Assembly: GCA_051859245.1 (NCBI GenBank)
Contig: JBHYGA010000004.1
Span: forward strand, 544,001-608,000
From: Gemmatimonadaceae bacterium
GTDB lineage: Bacteria > Gemmatimonadota > Gemmatimonadetes > Gemmatimonadales > Gemmatimonadaceae
DNA length: 64,000 nucleotides
Direction of reading: 5' to 3'
The notes beneath the pieces were generated by a model that worked only from the letters and a program-made list of their open reading frames with translations, was not told where the DNA came from and made no database searches. Shown here piece after piece: positions 39,113 through 49,834 of the stretch (position 1 is its first letter; each line of letters begins with the position of its first letter). A program made the position numbers and the translations under genes.

Positions 39113-39785
39113 GGCGCGATTTCATGGTGTGAAAAAAGGCCTGCAGCGTGCGATCAGGCTGGACGGGGTACTGCGCGGTGGTAGATACAAGCGCAGCAAT
39201 GCGATCCAGTCGGAACGAACGAAAATCTTCGCGTAACTCGCACCACGCGACCAACGTCCATGCTTGCGCGCTGAAGAGTACACCAAGCGGCCACACGCAG
39301 CGTGTAGTTTCGGTTGATGCCACGTCGCGGTAGGTGAGTTGCAGCACGGTGCGTTCTTCGATCGCGCGCAACAACTCGCCAAGTCGCGCTGACATATCGT
39401 CACCTTTTCGTGTGACAAATGCGGGTACTTCACGCATGTGGTTGGCGAGTGCGCGCGGGACAATGGCGCGCACCTTGTTTTGCGCGCGTTCGGCAGCGCG
39501 TCGCAGTGCGTCGTCGCCATAGGCCTGGGTAAATCGTAATCCAACCGCGAGCGCTTCAATTTCGGCGCGGTCAAACATGAGTGGCGGCAAATCCAGTTTT
39601 CGCGCGAGCGCGTACCCGACTCCCGCTTCGCCGGTAATGGGTACGCCAGCGTGCATCAGGTCAGCAATGTCGCGGTAAATCGTGCGCACCGACACGTCGA
39701 GCCGGCTGGCAAGCCACTGCGCCGTGGTGAGACGACGTCCACGCAGATAGTCTGTGATGCGATACAGGCGATCGGCACGACGCAT
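39075..39785 (-). CDS. YafY-family HTH-WYL transcriptional regulator
   Basis: MRRADRL..I, L.VS.RTIYRDI..L, GE.GVGY, WTLVAWCELR.DFR.FRLDRI. Confidence 0.93.
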   Translation of the reverse strand: MRRADRLYRITDYLRGRRLTTAQWLASRLDVSVRTIYRDIADLMHAGVPITGEAGVGYALARKLDLPPLMFDRAEIEALAVGLRFTQAYGDDALRRAAERAQNKVRAIVPRALANHMREVPAFVTRKGDDMSARLGELLRAIEERTVLQLTYRDVASTETTRCVWPLGVLFSAQAWTLVAWCELREDFRSFRLDRIAALVSTTAQYPVQPDRTLQAFFHTMKSRHGILTTDFDPER

Positions 39786-39805
39786 GCGTGGCTCAATGAG
39801 TCAGG

Positions 39806-40834
39806 TCAGTGCGCCACGACGGCGCCTTTCGGGTTGCCAACCTTGAGAACACCAACCGCACCCTTGGTGGCATCGGCAAACGCGTGGCTGACGAAGGGAT
39901 AGATGCCCTCTTCGAGAGCACGACCTTCAAAAATTACTCCACCACCAACGGGTACGTTGAATGTCTGCACGCCCTCGAGCGGCGCGCCAAATCCACCCAC
40001 ACGCACACGATCAAAGATGGCACCGACTACGTGAAATGCAGACACACGGTTTGGCCCTGCATTCACCACGTAAAAACGGACCAGTTCACCGGGATCGGCA
40101 GGAACGGGGTTCGCGGCGTATTGTCCGGCCACACCATTAAAGACCACGTGATCCGGAGAGAGATCGAGCAACTGTGACCAATCCAGTCCGCGCAACGAGT
40201 CTGCGCCGGTTGGTGGACCGAGGTAAAACTCACTCTGCACGAGTACCAGTTCGCGCGCCGGTGGCAACGGGGTTACGGGATCGACAATGATCGCGCCGTA
40301 CATGCCGTTCGCAATGTGCGCGGCGACCGGCGCGGTGCCGCAGTGGTACATGAAGGCGCCCGGCACGCGCGCGACAAAGCGGAACGAGAGAGAGTCGCCC
40401 GGATTCACATTCACGTACGCACGGTCTGGCGCAATCTCAGCCGCGTGAAAATCCATGGAATGTGGAATCGGCGATACGTTCACAATCGTAAAGTCCACGG
40501 TGTCTCCAACCGTTACGCGCACCACGGGTCCGGGAATCACGGAATCAAACGCCCACCCGTCATAGACCACGCCGGGTGCGACGACGTGACGAATGTGCGC
40601 GGTGGTCATGCGCACGTTGTGGCGACGCTGCGTGCTGCGCGGTGGTGCGGTCGCCGTTCGCTGCAGCGGCACGGCCGGATCGCCGATTTTCGCTTCACCG
40701 TGCGACATCGCGGCCGGAGCCGGCCCGTCGGGTGCCGCTGTGGAGGCTGCCTGCGAGCCGTTCGGCGCTGGCGCTGGGGCATTACACGCGAACACGAGAA
40801 ACAAAAACGGAACTGCCACAGATGGACGAAGCAC
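39806..40834 (-). CDS. nirK: Copper nitrite reductase (NirK)-like lipoprotein
   Basis: HSMDFH, YHCGTAP...HIANGM, FHVVG and FVSH supply type 1/type 2 Cu ligands and the catalytic Asp/His; lipobox VFAC; AGGAG RBS before GTG 40834. Confidence 0.8.
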   Translation of the reverse strand: MLRPSVAVPFLFLVFACNAPAPAPNGSQAASTAAPDGPAPAAMSHGEAKIGDPAVPLQRTATAPPRSTQRRHNVRMTTAHIRHVVAPGVVYDGWAFDSVIPGPVVRVTVGDTVDFTIVNVSPIPHSMDFHAAEIAPDRAYVNVNPGDSLSFRFVARVPGAFMYHCGTAPVAAHIANGMYGAIIVDPVTPLPPARELVLVQSEFYLGPPTGADSLRGLDWSQLLDLSPDHVVFNGVAGQYAANPVPADPGELVRFYVVNAGPNRVSAFHVVGAIFDRVRVGGFGAPLEGVQTFNVPVGGGVIFEGRALEEGIYPFVSHAFADATKGAVGVLKVGNPKGAVVAH

Positions 40835-40961
40835 GAGGAACTCCTGGTGAGAGTCCCTGAAAGGTACCTCGACTTTCGCGTTACTGTCGCGTTGCCGTCG
40901 TATTGCCGTCAAATCATTTAGTCCGACGGCCGCCGCTCCTGCGTTCACAACACCCTACGCG

Positions 40962-41303
40962 TCAGGTGGTGGACAAAACGCCATACGCGCGAACCGCACG
41001 AAATACCTGCACCCCGTGCGCCGGATCCGACGTATCAGCGCCCTGCATGCACGCAAAGTACGACGCACAGGCATCACTCTGCGGAATGAGCGGCAGAATG
41101 GCGGTGGCATGATCAGCGGAACGCCACAAGACGATATCCGCCCACCGACCATCGGGCAGCTGTGAAGTGGCGCGCCCGAGATACCCGGGCTGATGCTGCA
41201 GAAATTCCTGATCCAGCCGTTCCGAGGCGGCGAGGAGCTGTTGTTCGCTGACGTCAGCGTTCAGCGTGAAGGGCGCGATCTCAATGGCCAGTGAATGCGG
41301 CAC
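40962..41303 (-). CDS. Small protein, probable dimeric alpha-beta barrel (ABM-like)
   Basis: FL..QPGYLGR......G.W.DIV.W.S...A pattern; GGAG RBS. Confidence 0.65.
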   Translation of the reverse strand: MPHSLAIEIAPFTLNADVSEQQLLAASERLDQEFLQHQPGYLGRATSQLPDGRWADIVLWRSADHATAILPLIPQSDACASYFACMQGADTSDPAHGVQVFRAVRAYGVLSTT

Positions 41304-41361
41304 GGTTGGTTCTCCAGGTGGGTGCGAAATGCATATCGAGTTCGCACAACCTGCACCGGGG

Positions 41362-41385
41362 CTGCTGACAGCCTGCTGTCAGCAG
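41362..41385. promoter_or_regulatory. Perfect inverted repeat, probable operator
   Basis: CTGCTGACAGC-ct-GCTGTCAGCAG about 60 bp upstream of the 41303 start; no U-tract in the gene direction. Confidence 0.6.
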
Positions 41386-41394
41386 TGTTTCGCG

Positions 41395-42951
41395 CTAGCC
41401 GAGCGCCGCCTCACGAAACTCTGCCGCCTGCCGGCGGATCTGGACGATCTCCGATTCAGGAATGCGATCCAGATTGCGAATCATCATCGCCATGCGCGGA
41501 TGATTCACAAATCGCTCGCGATGCCTGGCCAGAAAGTCCCAGTACATCATGGTGAACGGACACGCGTTCTCGCCAACCCGCTGCTTGGGATCGTAGCGAC
41601 AGCTCGCGCAATGATTGCCCATGCGCTGGATGTACGCGCCAGTGCTCACGTATGGCTTTGACGCGATCGCGCCGCCGTCACCCCACGTGGCCATACCGGC
41701 GACGTTGGGCAACTCCACCCATTCATACGCATCGGTAAACGCGGCCCAGAACCAGCGCGAAAGCGCGGCCGGCTCCACACCAAAGAGCGTTGCAAAGTTG
41801 CCCTGCACCATGAGTCGATTGATATGATGCGTGCGGCCGTGATCGCGCACCTGACAAATCGAATCGTGCAAACAACGCATGTCGCATGGCGTGCCACTGC
41901 GTTCGTCCCATGCTTCACCGTCTGGCGCCCAGAACCACTGAGGTAACGGCAGTGTGGCATCGAGTGCGTTTGCCGCACGCAAACCAGGCATGAGTTGCCA
42001 GTACATACCGCGCATGAACTCACGCCACCCAAGAATCTGTCGGATGAATCCTTCCGCGCTGGCAATCGGCACCACGCCTTCGCGATAGGCACGTTCGGCA
42101 CGCTGCACCACTTCGAGCGGATGCAACAAGCCAACGTTGATCATGGACGACAGCGATGAATGCAACAGCTCGTGCTCACCCGCCACGATCGCATCTTCAA
42201 ACGGACCAAACTCACCGAGCCGTTCCGTGACAAAACGCTCAAGCCACGCCTTGGCATCACGTCGCGTGACGGGCAGACCGAACGTGTCCACTGTGCCCCA
42301 GCGGCCGGACCAGCCGGCAACGCGCTGCATCTGCGCGCGTGTGAGCTCATCCGGTTCGACATGAAAGGGTGCGGGCACCGGCCGTCCTTTGGGCCAGGCT
42401 TTTCGGTTCTCCGCGTCGTAGTTCCACTCACCACCTTCGGGTTTTCCGTTGGCGTCCATCAGCACGTTGTATTTGCGGCGCATGTCGCGGTAAAACCACT
42501 CCATGCGGAACTCTTTACGTCCGTTGGCCCAGATGGTGAACTCCTCGCGCGTGGCGAGAAACCCGCGATCCGGACGACGCACCAGTGACACGCCGCTGCG
42601 CTGCAGGAGCAACTCCGCGCGTTCCAGCTCTTCCTGCATATCCCATTCGCGCGCTTCCGTGACCACCACGCGCCCCGCGCCCGTGTCGTGCGCCAGCTGT
42701 GCCAGCCCCTCGGCGTAGCTGTTGACGCGTTCGTACCGCACCTGGTAGCCGGCACGCGTGAGCGCGTCGGCGAAGTGCCGCATCGCGGAGAGGATGAGCA
42801 CCAACTTCTGACGGTGCCACGGCAAAGACGCGCCCTTGGCCACCGACTCAAGCAGCACCACGATCACATCATCGCGTGGTGTGGCTGGAATGTTGGCGAT
42901 CGCGCGTGAGCACTCCCACGGCGCGACAAAGGCAAGAGTTGGTCGGGGCAT
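41395..42951 (-). CDS. FeS-type cryptochrome/photolyase (PhrB-like)
   Basis: HRQKLVLILSAMRHFA, ME.FYR.MR, GG.WNYD.ENR, EGFIRQILGWRE, HHI.RLM, DAYEWVE.PNV, C-terminal Cys cluster (HCASC...ACPF). Confidence 0.92.
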   Translation of the reverse strand: MPRPTLAFVAPWECSRAIANIPATPRDDVIVVLLESVAKGASLPWHRQKLVLILSAMRHFADALTRAGYQVRYERVNSYAEGLAQLAHDTGAGRVVVTEAREWDMQEELERAELLLQRSGVSLVRRPDRGFLATREEFTIWANGRKEFRMEWFYRDMRRKYNVLMDANGKPEGGEWNYDAENRKAWPKGRPVPAPFHVEPDELTRAQMQRVAGWSGRWGTVDTFGLPVTRRDAKAWLERFVTERLGEFGPFEDAIVAGEHELLHSSLSSMINVGLLHPLEVVQRAERAYREGVVPIASAEGFIRQILGWREFMRGMYWQLMPGLRAANALDATLPLPQWFWAPDGEAWDERSGTPCDMRCLHDSICQVRDHGRTHHINRLMVQGNFATLFGVEPAALSRWFWAAFTDAYEWVELPNVAGMATWGDGGAIASKPYVSTGAYIQRMGNHCASCRYDPKQRVGENACPFTMMYWDFLARHRERFVNHPRMAMMIRNLDRIPESEIVQIRRQAAEFREAALG

Positions 42952-43112
42952 GGTGGGAAATGACAATCGCCGTCACGCGCGTTCCCGTGCTGTCCCTGCA
43001 CCCTTGCCGAGCCGATGCCCAGTCGGCAGTGTGAAGGTGCGATTGGCACCCGCCGCTGGTGTGTCGAGCGCGACTCTTGACGCGGTTTCCGCGGCGTTTC
43101 GCCGGAGCATGT

Positions 43113-44294
43113 ATGAAGTTCAGCTGGATTGGACGCGCAGGTGCGACACTACTCGTAGCGGGCGCGCTGCGTACCCTCGGTGCGCAAGGCGCGCCGCCCG
43201 CCGAGGCGCGCGCCAACGTTGCGCCCATTGCTGCGCGCGTACCGAGTCAACTTGCCGACACTACGTTCTGGCGATTGGTGAACGAACTCTCCGAACCGGC
43301 GGGGTGGTTTCGCAGCGAAAACTTTGTATCGAACGAAACACTGTGGCAGCACGTGATTGCCCCACTGCGTGCGGTGGTGCCGAAAGGTCACGCGTATCTG
43401 GGTGTGGGGCCGGAACAGAACTTCACGTACATCGCGGCGCTTGAGCCTTCGATCGCGTTTATCGTGGATATTCGACGTCAGAATCTTGCGCTGCACCTGT
43501 TGTACAAATCGTACTTTGAACTCGCCGAATCGCGCGCCGATTTTTTGAGCTTGTTGTTTGCACGACCGCGCCCCAAAGGCCTCGATTCCACAACCTCGGC
43601 AGCCGCGTTGCTCGATGCGTATTACGCCGTGCCCATGGATTCAGCGTTGTTGCACAACACATGGCAGCGGGTGCAGTCACATCTTACCAAGACGCACGGC
43701 TTTGCGATTCGCGATGATGATTGGGCGTTGATGCGTCGTGTTGACAGTTCGTTCGCGATTGCCGGGCCCGACATCAACTATTCGTTTGTGCTCGAATACG
43801 GGTTTGCCATGATGAGCACCCGCGGCATGCCCACGTTCTCCACGCTCATGCGACAGGACAACGGCGCCGGCACCAATCTCAGCTTTCTCGGCAGCGAAGC
43901 GGTGTATCGCGCGATTCGTAGCCTGCAGCAGCGCAATCTGGTTGTTCCCGTGACGGGCGACTTTGCTGGTCCGCGTGCGCTGCAGTCAGTGGGCAACTGG
44001 TTGCGCCAGCACAATACGCGCGTGGGTACGTTCTACCTCTCCAATGTGGAGCAGTATCTGTTCCAGGACTACGACACCTGGCCGCGCTTTTACAACAACG
44101 TGGCCACGTTGCCGATGGACAGTACCAGCACGTTCATTCGATCGGTCACCAATCGCTGGAATCGTGGCAGCGGCGGCGCGCTGGGGCCGTTGATGCTGCA
44201 ACTGATCGGCCCGATGCAGACCACCGTTAATGCATTTCGCGCCGGACGCGTGCAGCAGTACGGTGATGTGTTGGACATTGTGCGACCGTACTGA
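43113..44294 (+). CDS. Hypothetical exported protein
   Basis: Signal peptide; SEP.G.F.SENFVSNE, YLGVGPEQNFTYI, FY.SNVEQYL blocks. Confidence 0.75.
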   Translation: MKFSWIGRAGATLLVAGALRTLGAQGAPPAEARANVAPIAARVPSQLADTTFWRLVNELSEPAGWFRSENFVSNETLWQHVIAPLRAVVPKGHAYLGVGPEQNFTYIAALEPSIAFIVDIRRQNLALHLLYKSYFELAESRADFLSLLFARPRPKGLDSTTSAAALLDAYYAVPMDSALLHNTWQRVQSHLTKTHGFAIRDDDWALMRRVDSSFAIAGPDINYSFVLEYGFAMMSTRGMPTFSTLMRQDNGAGTNLSFLGSEAVYRAIRSLQQRNLVVPVTGDFAGPRALQSVGNWLRQHNTRVGTFYLSNVEQYLFQDYDTWPRFYNNVATLPMDSTSTFIRSVTNRWNRGSGGALGPLMLQLIGPMQTTVNAFRAGRVQQYGDVLDIVRPY

Positions 44295-44336
44295 ACACAA
44301 CGCTCGCCTCACGACGGCGTGAAGTGAGCGTTGTGT
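44295..44336. terminator. Long hairpin between convergent genes
   Basis: ACACAACGCTCGCCTCACG-acgg-CGTGAAGTGAGCGTTGTGT. Confidence 0.6.
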
Positions 44337-44337
44337 G

Positions 44338-44778
44338 TTACACGCGAAAGGTGTCGGCGCGCCAGTGCTTGATACGCTGCTTAATCAGCTTCGGTTCGGT
44401 GAGAGATCCGGCAAGTACTTCCCGGACCAGATCAACCACTTCGGCATCGCTGGCAAACCGCAGTGCGATGAGCTGACGCGGCGTGAGCTCGTGCACGCGT
44501 GATGCGAGATCTGCCGGAAGCAAACGCGAAAGGCGCAGCTGTTCTTCGAGGCGGATAATCCGATCCTGCGCCTTGAGCGGAAACAGTCGCGAGAACGCGA
44601 CCGCACCAAACAGGGCGGCCGCCCCGACCAGGTCGAAATGACTTTCGGCGTCGCGCAGCGTGAATGCGCGCCAGATGCTCCACAGCAGGTACGCAAATGC
44701 CAGCGGCGAGGTCACGTAGTGAAAGCCCGGGACCATGCGGGCGTGGTTCGCGTAGTTCTGCGGCGTAGTGTCCGACAT
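44338..44778 (-). CDS. DUF6526-like membrane protein
   Basis: QNYANH, QDRIIRLEE.LR, QLIALRFASD.E, IK.WRAD..RV. Confidence 0.8.
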   Translation of the reverse strand: MSDTTPQNYANHARMVPGFHYVTSPLAFAYLLWSIWRAFTLRDAESHFDLVGAAALFGAVAFSRLFPLKAQDRIIRLEEQLRLSRLLPADLASRVHELTPRQLIALRFASDAEVVDLVREVLAGSLTEPKLIKQRIKHWRADTFRV

Positions 44779-44823
44779 GTAGTGATTGTTCGGCGATGGA
44801 GGAGACTTCGGAGTCAGCGTAGT

Positions 44824-45135
44824 TCAGCGCGGTAGCTGTGCGCGCATTCGTTCAACCAGATCTTTTGACTCGCGCAGTCCGAGTCCGGTTCGCTCCCGCA
44901 CCAGTTTGATGGCGTCAATCGTGCGATTGTTCTGAATGAACGCACGCACCTCGGGGTCGTCTTCGATCAAACCGCTCTGATCACGATTTCGTGCCAGCGC
45001 GCGCGGCTGTTCGGTCCACAGCACGGTGCGATTTGCGCGGCGTCGTCCCCACACTGCACCCACCGCCACCAGCAAGAGCGCCACCACGCCAACTCCAATA
45101 AACAGAATGGATGACAGCGTGATGGTCTCTGGCAT
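44824..45135 (-). CDS. Membrane protein with ribosomal L7/L12 C-terminal-like domain
   Basis: N-terminal TM helix; IDAIKLVRERTGLGLRESKDLVE. Confidence 0.75.
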   Translation of the reverse strand: MPETITLSSILFIGVGVVALLLVAVGAVWGRRRANRTVLWTEQPRALARNRDQSGLIEDDPEVRAFIQNNRTIDAIKLVRERTGLGLRESKDLVERMRAQLPR

Positions 45136-45177
45136 ATCGTTCCTCGCGTGGCGTGCGGGCGCGGTTCGCTTCGCGTA

Positions 45178-47193
45178 TCAAATCAGCGTACGGGATACTT
45201 CGACGACACGTTCGGCGGTAATGCCGTACTGCTTGTAGAGCACCGGCGCCGGTGCGCTGGCACCAAAATCGTCGATGCTGACAATGGCGCCGTTGTCGCC
45301 TACCCAGCGATGCCACGACATGGAGTGTGCCGCTTCGACCGCCACGCGCGGAACGCCGGCGGGTAGTACACGCGTGCGATACGCGTCGTCCTGGGCGGCA
45401 AGCAGCTCAAGACTCGGCGCGCTCACAACCCGCACACGCACACCCTGTGCTTCGAGCATGGCGGCCGCGTTGAGCGCAACACCGACTTCGCTGCCCGTAG
45501 ACATCAGCACGATCTGCGGTTCGCCGCCATCGGTCTGTTGCAGTATATATGCGCCGTGTGACACGCCAATGCGCGCGCGATCCGCAATATCGAGCCAGGC
45601 CAGCTTCTGTCGCGACAATACAATCGCCACAGGTCCACCACGGTGCGCAATCGCGATCTTCCACGATTCCACAACTTCTGCCGCGTCGGCCGGACGCAAC
45701 ACGGTGAGTCCTGGAATGCAGCGCAAGCTGGTGAGATGTTCAACCGGCTGATGCGTGGGGCCGTCTTCACCGAGCCCAATGGAGTCGTGCGTGAATACAT
45801 AAATCACGCGCTGCTTCATAAGCGCGGCCAGTCGAATCGCGGGGCGCATATAATCCGCGAACACCAGGAACGTGCCGCCAAACGGAATGTTGCCGCCGTG
45901 CAGGGCAATACCATTCATGATCGCACCCATGGCGTGCTCACGAATGCCGTAGTGGACGTACCGACCTGTGGGATCGGCGGCGGTAAAGATGGACTCGCCT
46001 TTGAGCTGCGTGAGATTAGATCCCGTAAGATCTGCCGATCCACCAAGCAGTTCGGGCAGTGCCGGTGCGAGCGCGGCAAGCACGGCACCACTCGCGGCAC
46101 GACTGGCTACCGAACCGCTGGCCGCGTCAAACGACGGAAGCGCTTCCTCCCAACCGGCGGGCAAATCACCACGCTGGCGACGTTCGAGATCGCTCGCGAG
46201 CTGCGCGTGCTGTGACTGATAGGCAGCCCATCGCTGCAACCACTGCGTGCGTGTTTCTGCGCGCTGCGCGACGGCATTTCGCCAATGCTCTGCCGCTTCG
46301 GCCGGTACATGGAACGGCTCATGACTCGGCCATGCGTACACGTCTTTCGTGAGCTCGATTTCTTTGGCACCAAGCGGTTCGCCGTGCGCTTTGGCCGTGT
46401 CAGCGCGATTGGGTGAACCAAAACCAATGATGGTGCGCGTAATCACCAATGTTGGTCGCGTGGTGTCGGCTTTTGCGGCCGCGATTACGCGATCGATCGC
46501 GTCCTGATCGTTGACGTCTGCAAGATGCAGCACCTGCCACCCGTACGACGCAAAGCGTGCTTCCACATCATCGCTGCAGGTGAGATCGGTCCGTCCGTCA
46601 ATCGTGATGCGATTATCGTCGAAGAAGCCGATCAGTTTGCCGAGACCAAAGTGGCCGGCGAACGACGCCGCTTCGTGCGAGATACCTTCCATGAGGCATC
46701 CATCACCCGCGATGAAGTACGTGTAGTGATCAACGATGCGGTGTCCTTCGCGATTGAATCGTGCCGCGAGGTGACGTTCGGCGAGCGCAAATCCCACGGC
46801 GTTGGCCACACCCTGGCCGAGCGGGCCCGTGGTGGTTTCCACACCGGCCGTGTGTCCGTACTCCGGGTGTCCGGGCGTGCGTGACCCCCACTGACGGAAG
46901 GCCTTGATGTCGTCGAGCGACACATCGTACCCCGCGAGATGCAGCGATCCGTAGAGCAGCATTGAGGCGTGGCCGGCCGACAGCACCAGTCGATCACGAT
47001 CGGTCCAGTCCGGGTGCGCCGGATCATGCCGCAGGTGACGCGTGTACAGAGCGTACGCGAGCGGTGCGAGCGCCATTGGCGTGCCGGGGTGACCCGACTC
47101 CGCCTGCTGGACCGCGTCCATGGCAAGAGTGCGCACGGTATCGATGGCGAGGCGCATCGACGCGGAAGACACAGCAGCAGCAGAAACGGACAC
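45178..47193 (-). CDS. tkt: Transketolase
   Basis: [50 protein letters not shown]. Confidence 0.97.
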   Translation of the reverse strand: MSVSAAAVSSASMRLAIDTVRTLAMDAVQQAESGHPGTPMALAPLAYALYTRHLRHDPAHPDWTDRDRLVLSAGHASMLLYGSLHLAGYDVSLDDIKAFRQWGSRTPGHPEYGHTAGVETTTGPLGQGVANAVGFALAERHLAARFNREGHRIVDHYTYFIAGDGCLMEGISHEAASFAGHFGLGKLIGFFDDNRITIDGRTDLTCSDDVEARFASYGWQVLHLADVNDQDAIDRVIAAAKADTTRPTLVITRTIIGFGSPNRADTAKAHGEPLGAKEIELTKDVYAWPSHEPFHVPAEAAEHWRNAVAQRAETRTQWLQRWAAYQSQHAQLASDLERRQRGDLPAGWEEALPSFDAASGSVASRAASGAVLAALAPALPELLGGSADLTGSNLTQLKGESIFTAADPTGRYVHYGIREHAMGAIMNGIALHGGNIPFGGTFLVFADYMRPAIRLAALMKQRVIYVFTHDSIGLGEDGPTHQPVEHLTSLRCIPGLTVLRPADAAEVVESWKIAIAHRGGPVAIVLSRQKLAWLDIADRARIGVSHGAYILQQTDGGEPQIVLMSTGSEVGVALNAAAMLEAQGVRVRVVSAPSLELLAAQDDAYRTRVLPAGVPRVAVEAAHSMSWHRWVGDNGAIVSIDDFGASAPAPVLYKQYGITAERVVEVSRTLI

Positions 47194-47266
47194 GGATCAC
47201 TCCGAAAAAACGGCGACGGAAGCAGGAAACGCGCGCCCGACAGGCGGTCGCGCCCAAACCTGAAAG

Positions 47267-47806
47267 TTAGCCGAGATAGCGATCGCGTGTGAGCACAAAA
47301 TGATGAGCCGCGTGGCCGGCAATCATCCAGGCCAGAGCACGGGCTGAGACCTCGTGACCACTGGCGACCGTCCGCCGGGCGAGCGCGTTCTCGTCGAGTG
47401 GCTCAAGCAACGCGAGAGTTGAGGCGCGAACGGCCCCGAACTCCGTGATCACCGAGGCGAGCGACCGCTCGTTGGCACCGGACAGCGGGACCCAGTCATC
47501 CTGCTCAAAACCGGAGAGGGCGGTCTGATCGCCGCGAGCCGCCCGGAGCAGTCGATAGCTGAAGACGCGCTCCGTATCGATGGTGTGCACGAGCGACTCG
47601 AGCAGCGACCATTTGCCGGGCGCGTAGCCCTGTCGTGCGGCGTCGTCGGTCACGCCACGCAACAAGGTGGCCAGTTCACCAGGCTGTCTCGCGAGCAGCG
47701 TGGTGAGATCGCTGAGGCCATGCGCAGTGAGCGCGGCCTCAGCGTCGCTGATGTACTTGAGCGCCCAGGGCGCGTGTTCGTCGGGGGCAGGACGTGAGAT
47801 GGTCAT
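47267..47806 (-). CDS. DinB/YfiT family protein
   Basis: YAPGKWS..E...H..D.ER.F.YR, GFEQD, GH..HH. Confidence 0.88.
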   Translation of the reverse strand: MTISRPAPDEHAPWALKYISDAEAALTAHGLSDLTTLLARQPGELATLLRGVTDDAARQGYAPGKWSLLESLVHTIDTERVFSYRLLRAARGDQTALSGFEQDDWVPLSGANERSLASVITEFGAVRASTLALLEPLDENALARRTVASGHEVSARALAWMIAGHAAHHFVLTRDRYLG

Positions 47807-47827
47807 GCCCCGGAATCTATCGCGCGA

Positions 47828-48559
47828 TCAGTTGTTGAGACTGTCCATGTCCGCAACCAGCGGTTCGGCCACCAGAATCGCCACCGCGGCGCGCGTGAGG
47901 GCGGCGCGCGTTGCCTCAGGCAGGTCGGGGCGCAGCCACACGCGCCGGCGATCCCGCACAAAGATTTCCGCGTCCACCTGACCATCGGAGTTACGCAGTA
48001 CAAAACTGTTCGGGTGCGACCACAGATATGGCAGCAGTCGACGGGCACCTTTGGCCACGATTGTCCACGACTCGTCAGCGCTGGCCAGCGATCCGATCGG
48101 GAAGCCGTAGTCCGCTGCGTCCGCGCTCGTGGCGTTGGCTGCGGGGAGTGCCGCGTCCGCGGTGAGGTACCACGACTCGTTGCCGACCAGCGTGCACGAC
48201 ATGGCGAACATGCGCTGGTCTTCGAGGCGCATTTTCACGTTCTTGGCTGGTGTGACCAGGCGGTCAAGTTCGCAGTGGCTGCGACCGGGTGCGGCGGTGA
48301 GTCCGTCGTCGATATCGAACTGCACCTGCCAGCGCTCGCGCACTTCGCCGGTGAGGAAGTTGCCGCTGCGCCATTCCTTGCGGCCGCTCTCTCGGATGCG
48401 GGTGGATTTATAGGGTCCGACGCGCAGACTGCTGCCGCGCCAGCCGCCTTGATCAATAACGAGATAGCCGCTGTCGGGCTCAAACGGCGAGGGCAACGGC
48501 GTGTCGTTCGGCAAAGAACCAGTAAGGGCAATAACGGCGAACGCGAGTGAGCTGAGCAT
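47828..48559 (-). CDS. Hypothetical exported protein
   Basis: Signal-like N-terminus; open frame collinear with neighbours. Confidence 0.55.
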   Translation of the reverse strand: MLSSLAFAVIALTGSLPNDTPLPSPFEPDSGYLVIDQGGWRGSSLRVGPYKSTRIRESGRKEWRSGNFLTGEVRERWQVQFDIDDGLTAAPGRSHCELDRLVTPAKNVKMRLEDQRMFAMSCTLVGNESWYLTADAALPAANATSADAADYGFPIGSLASADESWTIVAKGARRLLPYLWSHPNSFVLRNSDGQVDAEIFVRDRRRVWLRPDLPEATRAALTRAAVAILVAEPLVADMDSLNN

Positions 48560-48649
48560 ATGAGATCTGTCCGTGTGCAGGGTCTGCACAGTATGACGGA
48601 TTTTGCTGGTCTACAGCTTCGGGTCAGGTGACCTATCTATTGCATTCTT

Positions 48650-49834
48650 TTAACGACGTGCCACAGCCTCAAGCGATGTCGCGCACGCCAGCGCCGCCTC
48701 GGCCGACGGCGCGCTGCCCTGCGCCACCCGTGGTGTGCCACCGCCACGGCCGCCCACGTGCTGCAGTGCTTCCCGCAGCATTCGACCAGCGTCGAGCCCG
48801 CTGTCCTCGCTGGCGGCCAACAGTACTGCGGCCGGTGCGGCGCTGCTCGCGAGGAACACGGCGTGGGGTCCCTGAATGAATTGCTGGGCCAGGCTTTGCA
48901 TTGAGGCCACCGGCGCGTTGGACAGGTGCACCACGTGAATGCGTCGACCATTGTCTGCTGGCGCGGTGGTGTCGTACAGCGCGCGCGCCTCAAAGGCCGC
49001 GAGCTGCTCAAGCAGACGTGCCCGGTCCTTGCTCGTGTTGCGAAGTTCGGTCTGCAGGGCGTTGACCAGCGCCGGCGTTTCTTCTGCGGCGGCCGAGAGC
49101 AACACGCCAATCTGTTGTGTGATTTCATAATCGGCGCGCGCCCGGGCGATCGCGCGCGCTCCACAACGAAACTCAACGCGTGTGGCGCCCCGTGCGCGCT
49201 CGGACTTTCGCAGCAACACCGGTCCAATGGCACCCGTGCGACTCACGTGTGTGCCGCCGCACGCATTTTTGTCGAGGCCCGCGATTGATACGATGCGCAG
49301 CACGCCGCCACGCTCACTGGGCTTGCGCAAGCCAGTCGCGGTTTCGGCGTTCTCAAACGAAACGGAAATCTCGCGATTCTCCGCGACATACACATTGGCT
49401 ATGCGCTCAGCTTCCCGCAGTGCATCCGGGTCAACTGTGTCGGACGCCAAATCGAGCGACGCACTCTCGGCGCCAAAGTGCACACTCACCGTTGGCCAGC
49501 CGAATTGATCCTCGAAAAGCGCCGACAACAGATGCTGCCCACTGTGTTGTTGCATGTGATCAAACCGGCGCGGCCAGTTCACCGTTCCGGATACGTCCGT
49601 CACACCGAGGGGCAGCGGTGATTCCAGTACGTGTAACACCTGATCGTGTTCTTCGACGACGTCAACCACCCGAATGCCTGCGAGGACGCCCGTGTCGTGC
49701 GGTTGCCCGCCACTGGTGGGGTAAAACGCCGACCGGTCCAGCACAATCCGGCAGCGCGTGTCATCGTGCGCGATCACCGACGCGTTGAACTCCACGAGTG
49801 TGGCATCGGTGTAGTAGAGTCGTTCGGTGATCAT
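48650..49834 (-). CDS. alaX: AlaX-type alanyl-tRNA editing protein with DHHA1 domain
   Basis: TERLYY.D, FYPTSGGQP.D.G, MQQHSGQHLLS, CGGTHV, GRGGG....AQG. Confidence 0.92.
   Translation of the reverse strand: MITERLYYTDATLVEFNASVIAHDDTRCRIVLDRSAFYPTSGGQPHDTGVLAGIRVVDVVEEHDQVLHVLESPLPLGVTDVSGTVNWPRRFDHMQQHSGQHLLSALFEDQFGWPTVSVHFGAESASLDLASDTVDPDALREAERIANVYVAENREISVSFENAETATGLRKPSERGGVLRIVSIAGLDKNACGGTHVSRTGAIGPVLLRKSERARGATRVEFRCGARAIARARADYEITQQIGVLLSAAAEETPALVNALQTELRNTSKDRARLLEQLAAFEARALYDTTAPADNGRRIHVVHLSNAPVASMQSLAQQFIQGPHAVFLASSAAPAAVLLAASEDSGLDAGRMLREALQHVGGRGGGTPRVAQGSAPSAEAALACATSLEAVARR

Noticed and set aside
40835..40950. FNR/NnrR box upstream of nirK
   Set aside because: The best candidate matches TTGAT-N4-ATCAA poorly
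44824..45135. Ribosomal protein gene rplL
   Set aside because: Only the C-terminal motif is present, fused to a TM helix and outside a ribosomal operon
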